A stretch of 64,000 bases of DNA, from assembly GCA_002269645.1 (NCBI GenBank), contig NIVC01002733.1, positions 81,253 to 145,252 of the forward strand, in the 5' to 3' direction. Each line of letters starts with the position of its first letter. Within the stretch, counting starts at the first letter, position 1. Shown piece after piece: positions 49,711 to 61,556 of the stretch. The position numbers and the translations under genes are program-made. The notes under the pieces are model-generated. The model was not told the origin of the DNA, did not search any database, and worked only from the letters and a program-made list of their open reading frames with translations. The stretch is from Macrostomum lignano (taxonomy: Eukaryota).

Positions 49711-50527
49711 AGTGTCAATCAAGGACTGTATGCACTTTTTCACGCTTTGTGCCCGCCACAGCAGCTTGCGTGAATCTTTTTGAGCGTAGCGTGGCGTTGG
49801 CTCATTTTTCTGTTGATATCTTTGGGCAAAGTAGGCAGTGTTGCAGCGTTTTACTTAACAGTTTTTCGTGTTCTTCTTTGTCTAGTGAGGCGCCTTCTCT
49901 TATTTAGATTAATTAGGCCTCGCATAGGAGAGCACGAGTTGCTAAGCACTCGCTTTGCTGGGCTAAGCAACGAGAGAGGCTGAGTGGCTGGGGAGCCTCA
50001 GCTACTAAGAGTAGAAATTGTGATGCGCGACGAACTAATAGCCAACAGTTCCGGGCGGCATGGACTCCCTCAGTGCCAGAGGACTATTGAGGTCATCCGG
50101 GCCTGATCACGATGCTGCACCGAGGCACCGCCGAACTGTTGGCTGCGTGCAGAGCCTGTAGGTGTTCGAAGCCGCTGGTCTTGCAGCATACAACCGCATC
50201 TGATCATCTTATTGCCGCGTGAAAGGTCACCCGCCAGCTTTGAATCTCGCCAGCGTCAGAACCCACTGCAGAAAAATTTCCCGAGTAGCGGAATCCTCCA
50301 CAGCTTATACAAATTAGAAACAACATGCAAATGTTTTAATTGCCGATTAATGTAATTAGCCAAAGTTTGCCGGGACGAGTGGCTTCGGTTCTTTAAACGA
50401 GAGATAAAGTGGTGTTGGCTGGCTGAGTGACACGAAAAACTTCAACTTTAACTTCAACTTTTCTTTGAACTTCAACTTCAACTTTCAAACTTCAACAAAG
50501 GTTATTCTTTTGTTAGAATGCTCTCTG

Positions 50528-51245
50528 TCTTGGCTGCAATGTGTCCAGTTATCGGGTTGCAATGTGTCCAGTTATCGGGTTGCAATGTGTCCAGTTATCG
50601 GGTTGCAATGTGTCCAGTTATCGGGTTGCAATGTGTCCAGTTATCGGGTTGCAATGTTTCCAGTTATCGGGTTGCAATGTGTCCAGTTATCGGGTTGCAA
50701 TGTGTCCAGTTATCGGGTTGCAATGTGTCCAGTTATCGGGTTGCAATGTGTCCAGTTATCGGGTTGCAATGTGTCCAGTTATCGGGTTGCAATGTGTCCA
50801 GTTATCGGGTTGCAATGTCCAGTCTTCGGGTTGCAATGTGTCCAGTCATCGGGTTGCAATGTGTCCAGTCATCAAGTTGCAATGTGTCCAGTCATCAAGT
50901 TGCAATGTGTCCAGTCATCAAGTTGCAATGTGTCCAGTTATCGGGTTGCAATGTGTCCAGTCATCGAGTTGCAATGTGTCCAGTCATCGAGTTGCAATGT
51001 GTCCAGCTATCGGGTTGCAATGTGTCCAGTTATCGGGTTGCAATGTGTCCAGTCATCGGGTTGCAATGTGTCTAGTTATCGGGTTGCAATGTGTCCAGTC
51101 ATCGAGTTGCAATGTGTCCAGCTATATCGAGTTGCAATGTGTCCAATCATCGGGTTGCAATGTGTCCAGTCATCGGGTTGCAATGTGTCCAGTCATCGGG
51201 TTGCAATGTGTCCAGCTATCGGGTTGCAATGTGTCCAGTCATAGG
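50528..51245 (+). repeat. 23-bp minisatellite (TGCAATGTGTCCAGTTATCGGGT), about 31 copies
   Basis: Period 23. Confidence 0.96.
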
Positions 51246-52204
51246 GTTGAAGTGAGCCCTATTTTCTAGCTTCCTAAGTCGAATTTCTCCAAGTTTAGTG
51301 AGTCTCTTCAGTCAGACCTTCTCCAGAGATACAGAAAATTGCATGGCCATTTCAATACTTCTATCCTACCACAGACACCAATAGTTGCGACATAATTGTA
51401 GTTACTGGCTTTACCAATAGCTACACTTCCACAGTTTTACTGGTTTTAAACATGAATTCTTTAGGTTAACTTCTGAGCACGAGTCTGTCTAAGTATTTCT
51501 TAATGCCTGACTTAGATTTCGATTTTCGTTGCTGTTGATGGGGTGGATACAAACAGGCATGGTCAGCAAAGGCAGGGTTTTTTTAGTAACTATAATCGTA
51601 GAAAACACATATTTGCTTCAATCCATTAAACTAGTATTGTTGCTACGGGGTCGGAGGGTGGACTACTTGGTGTCAGTCATGGTGGAAGTCCCAATCGCTC
51701 TCTAACTCAACCAAGGCAAGGCAATGGCTTTGAGTCTTTTTCCCTCTCTTTCGTGCGCATCGGTCCGCAGGTCCACCCTCCCCCCCTGGTTGCTACGCTC
51801 CTCGGGGTTGGCCGTAGGTCTTCCCGGCCCGGCCATGTCAACCGCATCGCCTTTGTCTTCTGTCTAGAATGGAAGATTGGCTGCTCTGTCAGCCACCCCT
51901 TCTGTTTTGCCACGCTTCGTTGCTTTCGACTGTAGGCCTCCATTGTTTTACTTCTTTACTTCATCTTTCTTCTTGCTTTTAACTTTTAACTTTTCTTTTG
52001 CTGCATAGCCCATTTCTTATGCATTTCTAGAGAGGAGAAGAAAGGGCAGATGAAGGGATAGATGAGAGACGGAAGAGGAGAGGGGAGAGGTGGGGATTGA
52101 CGAGAGAGGCGAGATGAGAGATGAGAGGGGAGATAAGGGGAGAGGAGAGAAGGGAGATGAGACCCGGAGGAGGGGAGAGAGGATTGCTATTGTGAAGTTT
52201 CAAA

Positions 52205-52277
52205 GGACCCGAGGCCCGCGGATAGAGAGGCTTCGCGGGCGGCATGTGACCCGAGGGCCGGAGTTTTCCGACCACTG
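52205..52277 (-). mobile_element. hAT-type terminal/subterminal fragment
   Basis: Reverse complement CAGTGGTCGGAAAACTCCGGCCCTCGGGTCACATGCCGCCCGCG resembles common hAT MITE ends; the partner end was not found. Confidence 0.5.
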
Positions 52278-52801
52278 ATCTACCTGAAACTGACAGCTAA
52301 AAGACTCAAGATGTCAGGTCGGTTCCCTAGTTCGAAATCCGATTCCTTCGAAAGAGCTGGTTTGGGTTAGGACCTTAGCTGCTCGTCACACATCTTCGCT
52401 ACCTTGGGGGCTGGCCATTCCCATCAGCTACTTACTCAATCTCGCTCTGCTGTTCATTCTGGATGCGTCTTATTCTGAGTAGCGCAATATTCTAAAGAAA
52501 AACACGTGGAGACTTTTTTGCTTGCCGATGGCTTTCTGCCAATGTAATTAGAGAAACTCTTCAGTGATACGCTTAGACGAGACAAGTGGCTTCAGTTCTT
52601 TAAACGAGAAATAAGGCGGTAGAGCTCGGTATTGCAGTGCTGGCTATGGTGACACGACAAACTTCAACTTTAACTTCTAGAGTAAGTAAAAAGAACAAAG
52701 AGCAAAGTGAGCAAAGTGCATGTGCAGTCTTAAAACTTCTAAAATTCTTAATTTTTACTGTCTGATTTTTTCGTAGGATTCAAGAAGCCATTTACGTCGC
52801 A

Positions 52802-53506
52802 TCAGTACACCTTGACGAACTTGGTCCAGTTTGGGTCGGTCTCGATGGCGTCGCCGACGCTCGAGTCAGCGAAGTCCAGCATGCGGCAGGCGCCGCTGGC
52901 CCGGTTGAACAGGACGGCCCGGCACTCCCAGCGCTGCACGCAGAGCCACAGGCAGTAAAGCTCCGAGCTCACCGAGGCGTCAGTGTAGCAGTAGACAGGA
53001 CTGATGTTGCCCAGCCTCAGGAACTCAACTGGCTCCAGGTATTCGCTGTTCGGCGTCGCGATTGGCTGGCAGACGAATGTTTTGTCATGTTTCCCGGGTC
53101 TGTCTCGTAAACCAGCAATGCTGACCGCTACAAAGTCATCGTCATTTGAACCCCTGTTCGGCAAGCCAGACATCCAGTCGCTGTCATCCAAAGTCGGAAA
53201 CAGCGAGCCGTTGGCGAATCTCCAGCCGCTGCGGGACGTGCCCGCCTCAACCAGGAGGTCCGTCACTCCGATGTAGTAAAAGTCAATCCAGTGATTGACG
53301 GCTCGGATGGCAGTCAGGTTCATCAGCAGCTCTCCGCCGATGCCCAGGCACAGTCTGGCTGCGTCGCACCAGCTGGAAACGCTGGGGTTGTTGCCGATGA
53401 AGACGCAGCTGCCCAGCCTGTCGATGAAGGGAGCGACGCAGGCGGCAGAGGCGATGGCTGCCAGCCCCGCAAACAGCGTCAGCTTGAGCAGCTGCTTCGG
53501 TGGCAT
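52802..53506 (-). CDS. C-type lectin + PAN/apple protein, copy 5 (234 aa from the homologous ATG)
   Basis: Intact ORF; loop variant RGSNDDDFVAVSIAGLRDRPGKHDKTF. An in-frame upstream ATG lies at 53572. Confidence 0.85.
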   Translation of the reverse strand: MPPKQLLKLTLFAGLAAIASAACVAPFIDRLGSCVFIGNNPSVSSWCDAARLCLGIGGELLMNLTAIRAVNHWIDFYYIGVTDLLVEAGTSRSGWRFANGSLFPTLDDSDWMSGLPNRGSNDDDFVAVSIAGLRDRPGKHDKTFVCQPIATPNSEYLEPVEFLRLGNISPVYCYTDASVSSELYCLWLCVQRWECRAVLFNRASGACRMLDFADSSVGDAIETDPNWTKFVKVY

Positions 53507-53844
53507 CAGTGAGTCGAATTTGTGCGGCTTGGCTGTCAACTGGTTGTTTTTCTGAGAAATTAGAGTCCCCATCTAGTGAGTCTGTGCGCTTGCATTCATA
53601 GAGAGCTACAGCCAATGACTTTTAGCCAACCAATCGAGCCCGTTGCAGCAGTGCCGACTTGGAGACTGGCTTTCAATGATGCTAAAAAACTTTTGCAGCA
53701 TCCTCGACTCGACACATAGCTTTTGAACAAGAAAATAAAATAATTTTTTTGATTTAATTGAGCCCGGAATTTCGTTGAAGACTGATAAAATACGAAGTGA
53801 AGCAAGTCCAGAAAAGTGTGAACGACTAAAAACAAAACTTGCAA

Positions 53845-54185
53845 AGTGGGGCAGCGGTCCAGGTTCGATTCCAAGTGCACCAATGCAGTCACATTAATTT
53901 GGGGCTAAATTGGAATCTCTGCTTGGGTCTGCTCGTGCAATTAACGGCCTGGAGGACCAACTCCCAAGGCACAGTGAAGTGTACAAACCTAACGATAAAT
54001 AAAGTTAGGGCCGATGTACACTCCTGTGAGTGTGTGCCTGTGCGTATGACTGCGTACGTATCCGCGCGCCTGTGTGCTGCTCAGGGGAGTCGGCGGAATG
54101 GGCAGCAATGCCTCTCGCCGGTTGTGTGACAATGTCGCTTAAAGTGCGCCAGGGTGCACACAGGTCCCCTGACTCCAATAAAAGA
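53845..54185 (+). mobile_element. Family-A SINE copy
   Basis: CCAGGTTCGATTCCAAGTGCA...TTAATTTGGGGCT...GAGTCGGCGGAATGGGCAGCAATGCCTCTCGCCGG...CCAATAAAA aligns with 40154-40517. Confidence 0.88.
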
Positions 54186-55435
54186 TTACGCAAGGGACGA
54201 GAACATGACATTATGTTTTCCAACTCTCAGTCGGACGCACTGCAGGGTCCGGTGTTGCGGTTTTCAGTTGTTGCTGAGAAAGATGAACAATAATGTTGAT
54301 TACGTCACACACTTTGCAATGACTCTGGACTCATCCCGCTGGATTAGTTAGTCTAAACTCATTCGAAAGGACATGATGGGCAAATACCCAGCAACATCGC
54401 AAAGTCGCCATCACAGAAGATTGCGTCTGTGGTCGCCACTATTGAGAGTGCAGGTCTATAAAGTCTCTCAATCTTGCGAGTGACGCAACTTAGCTACGCC
54501 GCGGCAGACTTCTTTTTCGAGGATATTGGCATCAAATTGGGCGCCATGCTAGCGCATTCATGAATGAAAAAATAGTTTTCATTAAGGCACTCTATAGTTT
54601 GCATTGCGTTGCAAGTTCAGCAGCTGGGATCAGGTGCACAGAAGTGCAGCGTCAATTTCGCAATAAACATTGCCTCCTCAATTGTTTCAGCTTCATTGCA
54701 AGCAGCTGCACACAAATTAATTTGTCACTTGCGCTTTCTGTGAATTGGTAAGTAAAAGTACACTCAGCAACAGCCGACCCCCTCAGATTGACGCTGTCAC
54801 GCACAAAAGTTAAGCCATGTGTGCAGCAACTGCTAGCATGCAAAAGTGCCGTCAAGAATGTGTTTTTTTCGAAGCTCTCATTCAACAGAGTTCTTCGATT
54901 GGACTTGAGTTCTCTCTCAGTATTCGAGAAACGAGAGAGATGCAAAGAAACTGAGGAGTTTTCTCTACGGAGTCGATCGTCACTCGTCGACCAGCTGCGT
55001 CGCAGATAAGAAAGCACTCGACAAGAAGTCTCTTCACTTTCTTGTCTCTTGCCACAATGCCTATAGCTTAAGTTGTTCAGAATATGGAAACTTTCTAAAA
55101 AATTAGCTGGCAAACAGCAGTGAGTTGATGCCAATCAATCCAGTCCGTGCAGTCAGTTTGTTTTTGTCTCGCTCAGTCAACTGAGAGTCTTTTCGACACT
55201 CAACATTGAAACCAACTCCTACTAGTATGACAAGAGGCAAGCCTCTCTGCTTGCTTTGTAAAAGCAATCGAAGTAGCTTTCCCAGAGTCCAGACACTGAT
55301 CAATTCAGCTTTTGGGACAGAGTGGTTCAAACTTTCCATTTTCGACAAGACTGTTGGTCCGTGTGCAGTGTTGTTTGACACTTTTACCCTTTGCCTCACT
55401 CACGCCTAAACTACCTTTCCTGGATGTCAATCATT

Positions 55436-56169
55436 TAGGGGTTGTCGCCATGGATCTCGAGGGGGGGGGGTACTTGCTATTTGAGAGAGAGCGGTACTAG
55501 CTACATGTATCTACATGTATGGGATTCTTTCTATCCAGGGATGCTTGCTATCTGCAGGATGCTTGCTATCTGGGGGATGCTTGCTATCTGGGGGATGCTT
55601 GCTATCTGCAGAATGCTTGCTATCTGGGGGATGCTCGCTATCTGCAGGATGCTTGCTATCTGGGGGGGGATGCTTGCTATCTAGGGGATGATTGCTATGT
55701 GGGGGGATGCTTGCTATTTGGGGGGTGCTTGCTATCTGTGGATGATTGCTATGTGGGGGGATGCTTGCTATCTGGGGGAGGGGATGCTTGCTATCTGGGT
55801 GGATGCTTGCTATCAGGGGAAGCTTGCTATCTGCGGTTGCTTACTATTGGAGGGGGTGCTTGCTATCTGGGAGATGCTTGCTATCTGCGGGCTGCTTGCT
55901 ACCTGGGGAGATGCTTGCTTTCCTGGGGATGTTTTCTATTTAAGGGAAAGTCTGTTATCTTTGTAAAAACTTTTTTGTCGTCTTTGTAAATTTTAGAAAA
56001 AAAGATATTCATAGGAAGCATCTTTGTCCATGAAAATTTTACTCGAATAAGGTGATTTATAAAACTGAAGAAGGAATTGGTTCTTAAGAAAATTGTCTTT
56101 TTAATGGATTTGCATGAATAATTTTCGCTCCCTGCTTCGGGCGCCCCGAATGGGGCACTGGATTGCTAG
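55436..56169 (+). mobile_element. Composite element: about 19-bp minisatellite (GGATGCTTGCTATCTGGGG, 55540-55930) ending in a Helitron-type 3' terminus
   Basis: Hairpin GCCCCGAATGGGGC (56143-56156) followed by GGATTG-CTAG|T (56166-56169). The 5' limit is uncertain. Confidence 0.5.
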
Positions 56170-56846
56170 TCTACAAAACTAAATTACTACATGTAAAATA
56201 CTTTGAGAATTGGTTACTAGCCCTCATTTTGGCGCCGCTGGCATTTATTGTGGCGCAGAAAGCACTATATTTTGGCGCCCCGAAGCAAAATTATTGATTT
56301 CCATAACGGATCACAGGGTGGAGCGAGGGGACAAAGCACTGGCATGTCCGACCATAGCTTTTACAGGTTGCCTGCGTCACGACTCGCAACTGCATTAAGT
56401 ACATATATAATATGCATTTGTAGTGACCAATTGCGACCACCAACCTACTTGGGTTCAGAAACCGTTCAATAAGGAAGGTTTACGAGCTTTCGGCGAACAA
56501 CTGAGACAGTCCTTGCATGGTCACATGATCATCTGGATCTGATGGTGTGAGACGAACCTTGAAAGCATCCCAAGAGACCAAATGCGCATTGAGAAAAGCC
56601 ATCAGGAGCTACCTGAAATGTTAGAAATTTGCTAAGTTAAAAGGCCAACGAAGGCATCTTAGATTCACTGCAAAACCTAATTTAAAAAATTACATTCTAT
56701 GCGCAGTTTACTACTTACGAGTAAAGATAGTCGTGTGCACGTGTAAATTTTTACTTTACCTAAAGTTGACAGCTAAAATATGTTACTTTACTACTGGGCT
56801 CGTTCTTGGCCCCACCACATGCAATTACTGTGCGCGAGTCATCACA

Positions 56847-57332
56847 ATGGCGTCGCACCTCTCGGATGCAGACCGCGCCTCAACCTGGCTAAAAGTCTTC
56901 AAAGCTCTTGCTCGCTCGAAGAAGTGGAAAGATTCAGAATCCTCTAAAACGATTGCTGATAACTTTCCGACCTTGTGTGGACTGGACACACTTGAGAAGC
57001 TAACTCATATTGTTGCATCACGGAGCTGTATATCACTCACCGGCTGATATAGCTGCTGTTACTGGCCATAAGGACAGCCGCTCCGTCGTGCGGTATCCGA
57101 AGAATTCTAAGCGGGCTTGTTGCAAGACGGTAGAGATGTCCAAGAGCTTGGTACAATCTATGGGTGAGCGCAGCGAGATTCCAGGTGAGTCAGAGAGAAG
57201 CGCTACGAGCGTAAAGAGGGGCGGTTCGTCATAGAGTCTGAGCAAGTCAATCTGGAGGAAGGATCAGAAGAAAAGCGAGTGAAGAACGGTGGACAATTCT
57301 ATTTTTCAAGCTGCTCGGTGCACTTTCATTAA
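56847..57332 (+). mobile_element. Internally deleted, frameshifted tyrosine-recombinase (Crypton-like) remnant
   Basis: CGLD...LTH...RSCISL, then (shifted frame) SPADIAAVTGHKDSRSVVRY (YR box II: I...TGH.S......Y), and C-terminal GGQFYFSSCSVHFH* resembling the F.NC..F tail of Crypton/DUF3504 proteins. Confidence 0.65.
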
Positions 57333-57714
57333 TTACTTTTGTTGCCCTAGAAAGACTATTACGGCTATTGAATTAATTAATATCGAAGACCTTTATTCGT
57401 GTGTGTTGACCGATTATTTTTTACTGATCGTTGATTGTTATAATGATGTTAACATAATCAATAACTGACATAACCTATAAAATAAAAGGTCAGTAATTTG
57501 CTATTTCTTTTTTCTAATACTGTTGCTATTATTGTTTGTAATCGTACGTAAAAACTTTTCCGTGCAATATACCAATATTGACGGGCTGCAGAGGGCAGAA
57601 ACCAGCTATAACGCCGAAGCGCGTAGCGCCGTGTTAGCTCGTTTCTGACTGATGCGGCCCATCCATATTAGTGTTATAGTTATCGGGCGTGAAACCGCGT
57701 ATCACGAACCGTTG

Positions 57715-58562
57715 AGACTGTCTATGGTAAAATCCCATTTACTCCAATGCATTCGGTTGGTTTCACGGCCCGCTGAAAATGTCTATGGCAAAGTTAAAAG
57801 AAAGCAGGGTCAAGGGAGCCCCCACATTTGCACACCAGCACTCTAGACAAAGAAAGAAAGAACGAAATCTAAAAACTTGTCTATGGCCAAAACTCCTTAT
57901 CTAACGAATTGAAAAAAGTAACTGATACTAAGCATTATTTAGCGGTATTAAGCTTTACTTTGAAAATCTACAAGTTTTAGAAGCTTTAACTAGATACTTA
58001 AATGCATACGAGGTTTTTTACTTATGGAAGTCGGCCATAGATTGTTGCAGCGGGTGGGATGCCGTGCGTTTCTCCCCGTTTCAACACGCCTAGACTAACT
58101 ATAAAAATGCCATTCTTATTTGATCCAGCGTGCAAGAATGCTTTGGAAGTCGCCATATGCGTGCAGAAATGCAAGTGTCTATGGTAAAAGCACCTTGAAT
58201 TTACATGTGCACTCCATGCAGGAATGTCAATCGTGCAAGAATGTAATGCGCAATGTTTCTATATTTAGCATATCAGCCATAGACTACAAGCATAATCTTC
58301 TTTCCATCGTACAAGAATGTTCAGACTAGCTCGCGCATATTTTGTCTATGGTTCAAGTCTAACTCCACACCCCAGCTCCACCCTTGTCTACTTTAGCACA
58401 CATGTTGGATCAAATAAGAATGGGAATCAAGCACTTTGACTTGTGCGTCTATGGCAAAAATCCTCGTGCGCTACGCGCACTCGTGTTTCAGCCATTGACG
58501 CACTCGTCAGCGTGCTAGATTCCTCCATTGCTGCACGGCATTGATGCACGGGCCATAGACAA
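57715..58562. repeat. Dispersed array of GTCTATGG/CCATAGA motifs in both orientations
   Basis: GTCTATGG near 57720, 57781, 57880, 58177, 58345 and 58448; CCATAGA near 58035, 58276 and 58553. Confidence 0.75.
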
Positions 58563-59020
58563 ACAATGGGATCCTTGACGTTCACTCATGCGTGAAGGAC
58601 ATCGTGCAACTCGTGACTTTGCAGGATACTTCATAGTCTTACATCCTGGATGCATATTATTCTGAGTAGCGGAATATTCCAAAGAAAATGACATGGTGAA
58701 TATTTTGCTTGCCGATGGTTTTCTGCCAATATAATTAGAGAAACTCTTAGGTGAAACTCTTTGCTTAGACGAGGCGAGTAGCTTCAATTTTTTAAATGAT
58801 AAATAAGGCGGTAGAATTCAGTATTCCAGTGTTGGCTATTGTGACTCGATAAACGTCAAGAGTAATTAAAAAAGAAACAAGCGGAAACTAAGTAAAACAA
58901 AGAGTTGCGTAAGCAAAGTGCATGTGCAGTCTTAAAATAAAGTACTGTCTGACGCTTCTAAAATTCTTAATTTTTACAGTCTGATTTCCTCGTAGGATTC
59001 AAGAAGCCATTTATGTCGCT

Positions 59021-59725
59021 TCAATACACCTTGACGAACTTGGCCCAGCTCGGGTCGGTCTCGATGGCGTCGCCGACGCTCGAGTCAGCGAAGTCCAGCA
59101 TGCGGCAGGCGCCGCTGGCCCGGTTGAACAGGACGGCCCGGCACTCCCAGCGCTGCACGCAGAGCCACAGGCAGTGAAGCTCCGAGCACACCTAGGCGTC
59201 AGTGTAGCAGTAGACAGGACTGATGTTGCCCAGCCTCAGGAACTCAACTGGCTCCAGGTATTCGCTGTTCGGCGTCGCGATCGGCTGGCAGACGAATGTT
59301 TTGTACGAATTCGGGGGTCTGTCTACCAAGCCCGCTTTGCTGACCACTACAAAGTCATCGTCTTCCGAAAGGCGGTTCGGCAAGCCAGACTTCCAGTCGC
59401 TGTCATCCAAAGTCGGAAACAGCGAGCCGTTGGCGAATCTCCAGCCGCTGCGAGACCTGCCCGCCTCAACCAGGAGGTCCGTCACTCCGATGAAGTAATA
59501 ATCAAGCCAGTGATTGACGGCTCGGATGGCAGTCAGGTCCATCAGCAGCTCTCCGCCGATGCCCAGGCACAGTCTGGCTGCGTCGCACCAGCTGGAAACG
59601 CTGGTGTTGTCGCCGATGAAGACGCAGCTGCCCAGCCTGTCGATGAAGGGAGCGACGCAGGCGGCAGAGGCGATGGCTGCCAGTCCCGCAAACAGCGTCA
59701 GCTTGAGCAGCTGCTTCGGTAGCAT
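59021..59725 (-). pseudogene. Lectin copy 6 with a nonsense codon (TCG>TAG at 59192-59194) truncating the PAN domain
   Basis: Same length as the intact copies; GAC GCC TAG GTG TGC versus GAC GCC TCG GTG AGC. The frame continues to TGA at 59021. Confidence 0.85.
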
Positions 59726-61556
59726 CAGCGAGTCTCAAGTCGGTCAGCTTGGAGCAGCTTAATTTGTGAGCAATTTGAGATTTGCTTGGTTGCCAACTAG
59801 TGGTTTAATTTCTCGTCCGTACGCTTGCATTTATAGACAGCTGCAGCCAATGGCTTGTAGCCAACCAACCATCCAGTGCAGCAGCGTCGACTTCAGGGGT
59901 TGAATTGTGAAACAAAAAGACGTAAAGAAACTGAAGAATTTTCCCTCAGGCGTCGATCATCAGCTAAACAACTGGTTTGCTTATATAGATAAAACAGCAT
60001 TTGACAATAAAATATCTGGTAACTTTCTCAGTCGGTTTTAATTGATTGGCACTTAATAACATAATGAAACAATTGAAGGAATAATTTTTTTTCGCAAATA
60101 GAGAGAGTTAAAGTCAATCAATCGATCTCGAACAGCCTTTGTCTTCTTGCTTTTGTCCCGATCAAGTCTACCGAGAGTCGTGTCAACATTGCCGAGTTGA
60201 AACCAGCTCCACTTAGTCTTACAAGACAGAAGCTTTTCTGCTTGCTTTGCTGAAGCAACCAAAGTGGTTTACCAGACTCTATTCAGCCTTTTGTGTCAGA
60301 CTGGTTCAAACTTGACATTTTCGACAAGACTTATCAGTCTGTTAGCAGTTTTGTGACCTAGCTTTAGCTAGGGCGTCGTCATGGATTTTATTGTGGGGGG
60401 GTAAAGCCAAGAGTTGTTCTACATCACTAGAAATTCAGCTGTTTGAGACGCAGCTGAGGCCTGCAGCTGACAGATAGCCGCCTTGCCCACATGATGCGGC
60501 ACCCTGACTTTTCCTCGTACGTAAAGCGATTTTCAACTGCTGCGGAAGCTGACTGACGCTTTTGATGAAGCACTGGAGGGAGCCTTGCATGATCATCAAG
60601 GAGCTAGGGATCTTATGGTGCGTAGGGATCAAGCCTAAAAGGATCAAGAATATTTTGGACAATCTTCACTAACTTTTGTACCGATCTTGTCAGTCTACAC
60701 CACTGCTCTTAGTTTGAGAGGATGAGGCGATGTGCCTTTTAATTAATAAATAATTATCTATTAAATATTAGCTGAGTTACAAGGCTAAAGAAGGCATCTT
60801 AAATTCGCTATCAAAGCCTAATTTCTATAATTAAATTCTATGCGCAGTTTACTACTTATGAGCAGAACTGGTGGAGTGCAGTGTAATCTACGAGCGTTTG
60901 GTCACAGCTAAATTACGCGGGTATATTGACCGAAGATCTCAGCTGTGCATTTGCGTCCATATGGTATGAAAGCGTTAATTCTTTAGCCCTTTACTCAAAC
61001 CATTTCACACTCATACCAGTCATTCTTCTTTTTGTACACGATCTGATACTGTCGTCTCCTGAGCAGAAAGCTGGAATGAAGTTGAGTCCAATTTTATGCG
61101 ATAGAGAATTACACTCATAAATACCCTGCCGCGCTGCCAATGCTTATCTGTGGCAAAGAAAAATAATTCTTTTTCTACAATGCAATGTACATTTTTCTTC
61201 GTCTATAGAGCACATTATTAAAGTTAGAGGGACTGAAGTTAGAGAAAATACCCTGAGACCGTAGTTCATTATTTCGTTCCACAGTATTAAAGTCTTTCTT
61301 GAAGTTTTTAACATACACGTTAGGCGTGAGCATTGGGAAAGATCAGGATTTTATGATTTTATGATAAGCGGTTAAAAAAGTGGTATTAACAACCAACGCT
61401 ACTGATGTTGAAGTGGTGCTCCACCAAATGTTTTATACGAGCTAGTTAGACAGCTAAAGCACTGACGTTTTAGTGAATAAATTCCGAAAATTAGGAATCG
61501 ATAAGCTTTAATAGTGCCGGTCAACTCTGCTGTCAAAATCTTCAGAAACTAGGACA

